From the NCBI RefSeq assembly GCF_964204645.1, contig NC_134030.1, positions 22,094,210 through 22,158,209 of the forward strand: a stretch of 64,000 nt of DNA, in the 5' to 3' direction. The notes under the pieces were generated by a model. It worked only from the letters and a program-made list of their open reading frames with translations. It did not search any database and was not told the DNA's origin. This document shows positions 14,301-26,300 of this stretch, in pieces. Within the stretch, counting starts at the first letter, position 1. Each line of letters starts with the position of its first letter. The stretch comes from Tubulanus polymorphus (lineage: Eukaryota > Animalia > Nemertea). A program made the position numbers and the translations under genes.

Positions 14301-17300
14301 AGAGTTTGAAGATAGGAAACGTGAGAGAGGTACTGTACAGTCACATTACAAAGTGTGAAATTCAACATATTGTTTTATGTTTTAAATCTTATTGATGTTT
14401 ATTATCAATGTTTATTACAGTCAGTGTATTTAATCAAATAAAGACACCTGATGATCACATAAAGACACAAGAGGCATCATTCGAACGCGTAAAAACACCT
14501 GAAGAAATATTGCCTCTAACACTGATTATACCGGCACAACTCAGCACTGGTAAGTGACTACACTGAAACTGCATGTTTGAATTTTAATTCAATACAGTAA
14601 ACTCTGTCTGAAATAACCTGTTAGTAATTCACCGAGTTGAGAATCAGGCTAATCGGTTTATTACACATTTCTCTATTTTTAAACTGTTTAATTTTTGTAG
14701 ATCAGTCTGATCCTTTTATCACAAAACATTACATTTTTTTTAAATGTTAAAATCCTATTCAATTTTTGTAGAGTTGGATTCAGCCAATCGACATCCAGAT
14801 ATTCTGTGGGATAAAGCAGGTATTATATAAGTCTGTAAAAAGCTTAAGCTAACCTGTTTAATGTCACCGATCTCTTAACGTCAACATTTTTCAGAGAACA
14901 AATCCGGCAAATCTAAATTCAATGGAAATACCATTCTTTATGTATTTCATCGGTACCAAAAGTGGCATTACGAAAGCCCTTTTACTGTGACCAGCTTCTT
15001 AGGAGCATTAGCCTGAAATATTCTGCGGCTGATCTTTGTCCCTGAAAGGACGATTAATTCTTCTAAGATCTTGTTAAAAATCCTTAAACTGCTCGTTAGG
15101 AATACCAGGAAATGCTCTTCTATCATTCATCCTGAATTGAACATGATGTTCTAATCCCCTGCTTTACTGGTCTTTTAAATGTCCAGCGGAACTGAAGGTC
15201 TTTAAGCAACAAAAGTTTAGAATTGAAACCACACTCAATGAATGTTGTTGTTTTTATGTGAATTTCAGTGGAATATTTCAAGGATGAATTCATTAGCGCA
15301 ATACAATCTGATGAATCATTGAAAACTGCTACTCAAACTGCTTTAGATAAAAGTAAGTTACATCTACAGTAAACTACATTTACATCTACAGTAAATAACA
15401 TTTACATTTACAGTAAACTACATTTACATCTACAGCAAACTAAATTTACATCCACAGTAAACTAAATTTACATCCACAGTAAACTACATTTACATCTACA
15501 GCAAACTACATTTATATCTACAGTAAACTACATTTACATCTACAGTAAACTACATTTACATCTACAGTAAATGACATTTAATACATCTACAGTAAACTAC
15601 ATTTACATCTACAGTAAACTACATTTACATCTACAGTAAACTACATTTACATCTACAGTAAACTACATTAACATCTACAGCAAACTACATTTATATCTAC
15701 AGTAAATGACATTTAATACATCTACAGTAAACTACATTTACATCTACAGTAAACTACATTTATATCTACAGTAAACTACATTTACATCTACAGTAAACTA
15801 CATTTACATCTACAGTAAACTACATTAACATCTACAGCAAACTACATTTATATCTACAGTAAACTACATTTACATCTACAGTAAACTACATTTACATCTA
15901 CAGTAAACTACATTTACATCTACAGTAAACTACATTAACATCTACAGCAAACTACATTTATATCTACAGTAAACTACATTTACATCTACAGTAAACTACA
16001 TTTACATCTACAGTAAATGACATTTAATACATCTACAGTAAACTACATTTACATCTACAGTAAACTACATTTATATCTACAGTAAACTACAGTTACATCT
16101 ACAGTAAACTACATTTACATCTACAGTAAACTACATTTACATCTACAGTAAACTACATTAACATCTACAGCAAACCACATTTATATCTACAGTAAACTAC
16201 ATTTACATCTACAGTAAACTACATTTACATCTACAGTAAATGACATTTAATACATCTACAGTAAACTACATTTACATCTACATCAAACTACATTTATATC
16301 TACAGTAAACTACATTTACATCTACAGTAAACTACATTTACATCTACAGTAAACTACATTTACATCTACCGTAAACTACATTTACATTTACAGAAAAATA
16401 CATTTAATACATCTACAATCAACAATTGTATATTCATTCACTAAGATTCTTAAAATGTTTTTCCTTTTTTAGACTCAAGCGAAATCAACAATTTGCTGAA
16501 GAGAGAAAACTGGAAAGGTAAATTGTTTCATGAAATGTGTGTAAAATGTTTATTTTTACGAATCAAAAATGAATGTTTTAAGATCCGCAAATGACTGGTT
16601 TATTTCAATCACTGCTATGACTTCATATTGACAGCTGATTTTACTGTGTAAAATAATTTAAAGATTTTCTTCTATTTTCAGTTGACGGAATTTATAATGA
16701 TGTGAAAAACAGAATACAATCAATGTCTACAGGTTTGTATTTCAAACGATTTACTATCAATTCTTGCATTAAATTGTAACCGTATTTTGTCGGGCAAGCG
16801 CCCTTTTTGTGACCCATATCATATCATGTCAATGTATCATATATCATGTATCATATATCAGCCGGTATATACACTTGTATAACGGTTTATTCCCATTTCG
16901 CCGCTTATTTATTCCGATTTGGCCCTTTTCCCATTTTGCCCCTTTCCTATTTCGCCCCTTTGTTCACATTTTCGCCCCTTTTAGTACATTTTCAAAGAAG
17001 CTTAGTTGAATCTAAGCAATGTAACATGATTGTTAATTGTGCCTGTGCCTAATTAACTTCAGTCATTAAGTTAATGTGAATATCAATCAAAAACAAAAAG
17101 GTACGAGGTGGAAAATGGGCAAAAAAAAGATTGGCGGGGCTGAAAAAATGGTAAGGGTGAAATTGAAAAGGAGCGAGATGGGAAGGGGCTAAATGGGAAA
17201 GGGGTCAACTAGGAAGGGAAGACATCTTGTATATCATGTCAACACGCATGCACGCAAGTCGCATGCACGCACACGTCCTCAATCATATTACGTTTATGTC

Positions 17301-20300
17301 ATTTATGCTTGTAAAATGTAATTTTGAAGTTGATTAACTTCATTTTATTTTTCATCATGGAACGATTCATTGCTGAATTTACGTTCTATTTCTATTTGTG
17401 ATTTCAGAGAAATTGAAGGAACGAGGAATCGTAGCTTATAGAAGTGAGTAGAATGCGTGTTTGATTTATTCATCAATTTACACAGTTTTGAGTTACCCTA
17501 AACCCCTTAACACTAACCCCTAAACTCCTAACCCTAGACTTCTAAGCTGTCACTATTGAGATGAACAAAACTGAAAAAGAAATAAAAAATTAGGATATTT
17601 TCAAACTCTTGACAAAAAACATTGACCAATATTACATACAATTTAGAAAATAAAGTATAGAATTAAAGCACATTGAATAATCATATAATAAATAATAATG
17701 ATAATTAAAAAAAATAATAGAATTAAACATCAGCAGAAATAAATAATCATGTAAAAAATAAATCTATAAAAGTAATTTTTGAAAGATGATAAAAGCGTTT
17801 AGTCGCAATGATATTCTACAAATGAATAAGATTTAAAGAAATTTAGATTTAATTGAAAAGAAGTGAAAAGTGAACTGTATGAATTGACCTGTTTATATCT
17901 ACTCTATGTTTATATATGAATTATTGTTGTTTTCTGTTTTTCAGTAAAAGATGAAATAGCGAGTAAGTACTGATAACAACTTACACATTAGAGTCTAGAT
18001 AAATAGATATTTGTCATGTCCTGTTTTGAATAATAGCGATTCTTATATTGCGCTAAAACCAGTAAACAGTTCAGAGTACTTGAAAAGCTGCACGAAATGC
18101 TGCCTTAGAAAGGAAACATTTCAGGGGCTTCCCACATTCATCAATGGATGAAATTGCCCGTGGAGGCTTCGGGGCGGATCTATCCAAGGTTTCTGTGAGT
18201 ACCGCTCAACTGTGGAAGGGTAAGCCCAATCATAACCCAATTACGGTACTCCCTCAGAAAATCGTGAAGTTTTGTTGGAAATATTTATTAAAGAAATAAA
18301 AAGTTTACCATTTTCCATTATTCAAATTAACCATTTCTATTACTTCTACCAGAATATCAGCCTGGAATATAACATACATGTCTGTACAACTCAAACCCTG
18401 ATCAAATTCAAATCAACTCATCGATAATAACTCACTTGCCAGGGGTAATTTATTCCTGTTAAAACGAGATTTTCACGAGGAACTTGAAAAAATGGTTCTT
18501 CTACAATCGTGAGTACCGCTCAAAGCGGTAGTTGCGGTCGGCTGGAGCCACCCCTGGGCGGCTTGTTCCACAAATTTGGGGCACTACTCGGCGGAATATG
18601 TAGTATTTGACTCGCAGTGGCTTTGAACATGGATAGAAGCAGAAACGTGAGAGTAACAGATTTTCCTTGATCTTCAATATCGCGGTTTATTTATAAATCA
18701 GTACAATCAATATTCATTCTCTGGTTTATCGACTTGATTTGTAGATGTGAAAGAAGAACATGTTTTACTCTCCCTGTAGTAATCTATTGTGTTTATTCTT
18801 TTTCAGTGTTTCATATCAAACCAATTATTGCAAACAGAATCCCACAGTTTAAAGGTGAATATATTGTGTTGACTGTTAGGTGTTTAGTATACTAGCAAAG
18901 AACCGGCCGTCATGAACGGGTTTTATCGTGATTGAGTTTGAGTTGATTATTTTGCTTCTCGTGTGGAATACACAGTTATTTCGCGTAAGGTCGACTGTAT
19001 TTTGTAGGAGGATATTGTGACGCTATAGCAACATAAATAGTTTACATCAGTTGACATCATGATAGTTTCTAAATTTAACTTTGCACCTCATAGGTACATT
19101 ATAACATGTATAATTACAGATTCACTAGAGACTGTTTTAGAAGAGAAATGTAAAAAGGCTTCTGGTTTGTCAACAAACAGCAGTATAAACCCTACCAAGT
19201 GGACGCTATCCAAACAATGGGTTTACGATATATCTCGCGCGAGTCAGTTCACAGTGAAATCAGTTTGTGATTTATAATAGAATTCTATTGTATAAAAACT
19301 TGTCTATTGTTTATTACATATAGTATCTGTACTCAGTGAATTTACCAGTAGAACTTTAAAGACAAACACAGGTTATTGGAAACAAGTCAAAGAATGTTTC
19401 GGTAAATAATAGATTCTTGTTTCGTTTCTGAATTTTTTAATGGTCTGACTTTCAGGTTTTGAATAATAATTATTTGTTCTGTTTGAATAGGAGATAAAAT
19501 TGACGGTGAAACAAATACAACTGAACTGACAAAAATAGGTGAATATTTTTAAAAATTCAGACAAAAATATAGCGTTGAATTCATTGAAGATGAAATTCAT
19601 CAATTTAATCGGATCTTCAGAGGCGTCTGTTTTGATTCAGGTCCATGTTTTAAGTGTGAAACTTAAAGTGTTTGATAGCCGCCACTGTTTGTTCACACAT
19701 TTTGTACCGATGTGAAAATGTCTTTATTTATTTGTTTATAGTTGATGAATGTTTGAGAGAATGCACTAAAACAATGAATGATAAATGGATTACTGGTGAG
19801 TACCCCTCATGAGTGAGTACCTTATTCGCTAACGCCACGCAACACAATTTTCATCGCAAATCCTCCCGTAAATATTATTCACTAAAATCAGCGCAAATAT
19901 TTTCCTCACAAATTGCTCAATTTTTCCCTCAAATCTGCGTGCACAACTAAGAGGCACCCCTTAACTCTCATTTACCGCGCAAATAATACTTTCTTGGCTT
20001 TTGAAAGTTAAATAACGTAAATAATTGATATTTTTCAAGGTGCGGTCTGATGGACCAGTACCTTACCAAATTTTTCTGGGGCTCAACTTGGATTCATTGT
20101 TAATTATAGTTAAGACCCTTTTCACCAATATATTTGCCCTATGGTGGCCGGCATCCAGCGTTATATCACGTACACAGAATTATTTTTTCAAGAAAAGACT
20201 TTTAAGAATGAATTAAATATTAGTTTATTCTCGATGCCAAAATCATTAAATCGATGATAAGTTAAGAAAGGTACAGCGTCCATTCCCGATAATGAATAAT

Positions 20301-23300
20301 GAATATTGGAATATTATGTTAATTTAAAGGTAATAAATATTCTTTTGATAATAATCAAATACAAATTGTTTTCAATGAGGCCACATCAAGAATCCAGATA
20401 TGGTGACGGTGAATAAGATATTGATGCAAATATCAATTTGCAATGAGTTTTTACTATGAATACCTTTTATGATTGGACTAGTTCCCGTTGCGTGAAAAAT
20501 TGCCAATCATATCTTGCGATGAGTTTATCTCAAACTGATTTTCATCGCAAATCGTCTCGCAACGCAAATCATCCACGCAAACTTGCGTAAAGTTAGTGAA
20601 TAATGTCCCCGGTACCTGAATTGTGTGAAGACATTTAAATGATGTGATTCATTGATGAAGTTGAAACCAGCAGTAAACTAAACCAGGTTGAATGACTAGT
20701 TTTCTGTGAGCTTGAATTTCATGTATTGATATTTTTAGACGATTTCAAGATCCGCAACATGATTGTAGAGACTAAGATAGGTAAATATTAGTAGAATAGT
20801 CAGAACTGATGACGTGGAGAAATATAGTAAGTTTATATAAAACCCACTATATACAAAGTCTTTAGAAGATTAAAAAAGCGAAATTTATCTATCAAAAATT
20901 AAAATCAAAGGACTCAACTTTTCGAATTTTCACTAGACATCAACTCAGGTCTGACGTTGGTCTCTAGCGACAGATCGAAACGTTTTGTCCTTTGATTTTA
21001 ATTTTTGGTAGATATCGTATAGCTCTGAATTATGAATTTATTTACACTCCAACCATTCCCATGGTGTATGAAGAAAAAACAGTATTTGCATAATTACAAA
21101 AAAAACCTAGAAAATAATATTATTTTAAAACATAACAAATGTTATTTACAACATACTATTTACACACACTACCGGAGCGATCTATATACATCTACCGGTA
21201 GACCTAATTTTATAGATTTAGCCTGGTTTTTTTTAAATATCAAGGTTCCTAAATGTATTTGAATTTAAGTAGTTTTCACGGAATTCGGTTAGTAAGTTAA
21301 AGTAAAAAATAAAATGTAGTTCTTCTAATAAAACGTTTTAGGAGGGGGGCCTAATATATCGGTTCTTGGTAAATAAAGATTTGAAAATTCATTCACAGGT
21401 AAAAGATAAGACCCAATCCTGAATTGAAATAAACGTCATCAAGCTGATTAATATAGTTATCAAATTTTTATCTAAATTAAATTGTAACTATTCTGTTATT
21501 TGTATTGTAGAAGAGATTGTGAATAAGGTCAAACACGAATATTTTCAAACTCGCGAATTTAGAAGTAAGTTTGCAATAAAATCAGAACCTGTTTTAACAA
21601 CCAGAACTCAAATATCTGTATGTATTGTATTATTATTTATAGGATCAGTTGAGACTGCAGTGAATGAAGCTATCCAGAATTCAGGTATTTATTAAATATT
21701 CTTCATAAGTTCGCATTCTGTGATTGAATTGAGTTCAGTTTGGCTGAATGTGTATTTTTTCAAATGTATTTTTACAGAAAAATCACAAGCCGGCAAAACA
21801 CCAAACTATGAGGCTGCAGGTTTGTAAAAACTCTAATTTCTGTAAATGAATTTGACCTGATGTGGTTGCTACACAGGACCGAATTTCATAGATTAGGGGG
21901 CAAAATATTCCCCTGGACCCAGTTTTATAGACTGGTATTATCTTTAACCCGGGAGTTAACTTAATTGAAATTGAATCAAGTTAGCCTCCAGGTTAAAGAT
22001 AATACCAGTCTATAAAACCGACCCCTTGGCCCTGGAAACTTTTTGAAAATTGTCAGTAGTTAACATAGTTTCTCAATGTTGCTATGGTGGTTGTCACTCT
22101 TGTTGAGGATTTTCCCCAAGAGGATCATCCATTTATTACGTCTGCAACAAATTCAGAAAAAGCCTCGAGTATGCTGATAATAGTTAGATCGAGTCCATTA
22201 TGTATAAAAAGGGTGGTAGAAAATGTAGTCACGTGATAAAATTCATCCTGAACAGAATTGAATTTTTTTAAGGTGCGTACAATACGCATTATTATTTACC
22301 CCTCCCCCTTTTGTACACACAAGTATGCAATTTAATAAGACCCCCTTAATTGTACAATTTGATTTTTGAGTTTAACCCCCTCCCTACCCAAAATGCGTAC
22401 CTAATTAGTGGATGACTCCTTAAAAGGTAACTTTGAACCCGCCCTATGAAACAAGGCCCACGATTATGACCACAAAGATGAGGTAATTTTCAGTTGCTTT
22501 CCCTTCAGAATTTTATTCTATTATTTCAGTGCAGTGGATAGCTGCTGAAATGAAAGGTAAATTGACTGATAATAAATACTCAATTTCGTGATGAGTTTGT
22601 GTTGATGTTTACAGAATCATTTCTAATTTCAGATTTTACGGTTAAACCATCTGAAACATCATATGGTATGTAATATAATTGTTATATACAGTTGATTATA
22701 GGTTGATTATTGATTATACGGTCGCTGTCATCGTTTTTACTGTCACTGTTCACTCAACACGAACATTTTTCAGAGAACAAATTTGTAAAATCAAACTCAA
22801 ATTCAATGAAATGAAAATACCATTTATAAATCGCCAAAATTCATTACGATGTCATATTTTTCATTGGTCCCAAAAGTAGCTTAAAGGACTTTGACTATAT
22901 GATAGTGGCTGATTTTAATTCTCGCGTGAGAAAACCAAAAAAGGGCCACTGTGAAAATTTTTTTATCGTTGCTCTACCCGTACAGAAGAATTTTTTAGTA
23001 TGGCCCGATTCAGCCACCATACATAAAGGACTTGGGTATATGTTTTGTGGGTGCCTCATCAGTCAGCCAACTGAGCAGGAAGTCTAGTAACAATTCACTA
23101 AAAATCATGATGTGTTTTCAGAGCGTAATGAATTTGCTAGACTTGCACGAGCAACAGGTAATGAACAAATTATGTGTGTTGAAATTGATGTTATCGGTTT
23201 TTATAATGTTTTATAATGTTATACGTAATTTGATTTCTATTTCAGTAACGAGAAAATCAAGAGAGTTGATGGATGAGATACGTGCTATAACAGATAAAGG

Positions 23301-26300
23301 TAATCAATATTGACTTCTATAAACATTTTACTGACTCAATTCCATATTCATGAATTCATGTTTCCACATTTATATATAACATGTCTTTTGGTTCCCAAAC
23401 CGGGAAATCAGGAATTTCAAAATTATATTTCCAGGTTGGAAATATATGCGTTAGAAATTCTCCTAATTCTGGAAATATTTTTGAAATTCATTTTGCGCTT
23501 CAACTTTCTTTGGCAATCTTTCTAGAAAATCACTTTCATCAACCAATCGACAGTAAAATGTTCTGACGTCACTGTAGTGTGTGATGTTATCTGCTTAATT
23601 TCTATCTGGAAAATGAATAATCACCCATGAAATACTCGGGTTTATTGACTTCATAAAATTATGAGAACTATCCTTAATTCTGTTTTGAGTTCGATCACAA
23701 ACTTGTTTGGTCTTTATTTCATTACATTTGAAGTTAATCTTATTCATGTGAATATTGCTGATTATAATTTGTATGCATCAAATTTTCAAGAATATTTTAT
23801 TTTATTTTCAGACGAATTAAAAAGCTCGGTTTCCTGGTATAGTTCATACATAGTTTTCATTTTTTTCAGGCGAATTAAAAAAGCTCGGTTTCCTGGTAGA
23901 GGAGTCGAGTAAGTAAATTATACAGTCGTCACTTTCTGAATTAAACCATATGAACGAGGTTAAACTACGTAGTTTTGACGTTAAATGGTATGAGATAAAA
24001 CAAATCGACGAAATTGAGATGAAATTAAGTTTCGTTTTCTTCTGGTTTTTGAGAAATCCGAAGTATATCATTAAACCGGTTTCATCCGGTTCACTGGGGA
24101 AACCGGTGAAATTCATCTGGTTTATGAGAAATCACGATTTAAAATCGCATTCAATGAGATACTAGTTGATTGTTTAATAAATAGTCATATCATATCACAT
24201 ATCATATCACGTATCATATCAGCAGGTATATACACTTGTATTACATGTCATCACACACAGATTATTTATTTTTCATCATGGATTGATTTATTGCTGAATT
24301 CACATATTCTTTCTATTTGTGATTTCAGAGAAATTAAAGGAACGAGGAATCGTAGCTTATAGAAGTGAGTAGAACGCGTGTTTGATTTATTCGTCAATTT
24401 ACACAGTTTTGAGTTACCCTAAACTCCTTAACACTAACCCCTAAACTCCTAACCCCTAAACTCCTAACACTAGACTCCTAACACTAAACTCCTAACACTA
24501 AACTCCTAACGCTAGACCCCTAACACTAGACTCCTAACACTAGACCCCTAACACTAGACTCCTAACACTAGACCCCTAACACTAGACTCCTGACACTAGA
24601 CTCCTAACACTAGACTCCTAACACTAGACTCCTAACACTAGACCCCTAACACTAGACTCCTAACACTAGACCCCTAACACTAGACTCCTGACACTAAACC
24701 TCTAACACTAGACTCCTAGCACTAGACCCCTAACCCTTAAACTCCTAACACTAAACTCCTAACACTAGACTCCTAACGCTAAACTCCTAACCCCTAAACT
24801 CCTAACACAAACTCCTAACCCCTAAACTCCTAACACAAACTCCTAACCCCTAAACTCCTAACCCCTAAACTCCTAACCCCTAAACTCCTAACCCCTAAAC
24901 TCCTTACACAAACTCCTAACCCCTAAACTCCTTACACAAACTCCTAACCCCTAAACTCCTTAAAGTACTTTACATCATAAAATGATCTCAAAGCTTAATA
25001 CATTCAAATATTACAATCTTAAAAATAAGTTACATAGATATAATACATTGAACAATGATACAATAAATCGAATACTGTAATCATACTAAATGTATTCTAC
25101 AAATAAATAAGAATTTTCCAGATTTAGATTTTAATCAGAAGTAAGAATTATATGGTTAAAGTGAACTGTATAAGTTTACCTGTTTAGATCTACCGGTACT
25201 CAATGTTTATATATCCGGTATTTGAATTATTGTTGTTTTTTGTTTTTCAGTAAAAGACGAAACAGCGTGTAAGTACTGATAACAACTGATTCGTTAAACT
25301 CTACATAAATAGATAACACAATATGATATATCCTATATTGAATAGAAGCGGTTCTTATATAGCTCTGAATTCTGTGAAGCTGGTCATGAAATACTTCCTT
25401 TAGGATTGGAAAGAATAACATGTTTCTCTCTCCCTGCAGTAATCTATTGTGTTTATTCTGTTTCAGTGAAACACATCAAACAAATTATTGCAAACAGAAT
25501 CCCGGGATTTAAAGGTGAATACATTGTATTGACTGTTAAGGGTATTAGTTAACAAGTTAAACCAGTACAGAGTAAGGGTGAAGGTCGACTGTATTTTGTA
25601 GGAGGATATTTGGCGCTGTTGCAGCATAAATAGTTTAAAACATCGGTCAATGTTGTAATAGTTTCTATTTTCTAAGTTGTTTTGCTCCTCATTAGGTACA
25701 TTGTAACATGTATAATTACAGATTCACTAGTGACTGTTTTAGAAGAGAAATGTAAAGACGCTCGCAGTATGTGGTCATCAAAACACTGGGCATATGATAT
25801 ATCTCGCGCGAGTAAGTTCACAGTGAAATCAGTTTGTGATTTATAATAGAATTCTATTGTATAAAAACTTGTCTATTGTTTATTACATATAGTGTCTGAA
25901 CTCAGTGAATTTACCAGTAGAACTTTAAAGACAGGCACAGGTTATTGGAAACAAGTCAAAGAATGTTACGGTAAATAATAAATTTTTGTTTCACTGAACG
26001 TTTTATTAAATGATCTGATTTTTGTGTTTTGAATAATAATTGTTTGTTCTGTTTGAATAGGAGATGAAATTAACGGTGAAACAAATACAACTGAACTGAC
26101 AGAAATAGGTGAATATAAACAAATTCAGATAAACAGAAATATAGTATTGAATTCATTGAAGATGAAATTCATCAATTTAATCAGATCTTCACAGAGACCT
26201 GTTTTGATGCAGAGCAATTTGAACTAATTTTAAACTAAGAGCGCTTGAAACCCTTTGGTCTCAGTTTGAATCAATGTGAAAATTTATTGTTTATAGTTAC

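Noticed and set aside
15358-16410. Possible CRISPR-like array (also considered for the 39-, 51-, 60- and 71-bp arrays)
   Set aside because: Head-to-tail repeats with no unique spacers, no cas genes, eukaryotic context.
24414-24961. Interstitial telomere
   Set aside because: Units are 14-15 bp and only contain cctaa/taaccc substrings; not a (TTAGGG)n or (TTAGG)n run, and a short seed exists in the paralogous intron.
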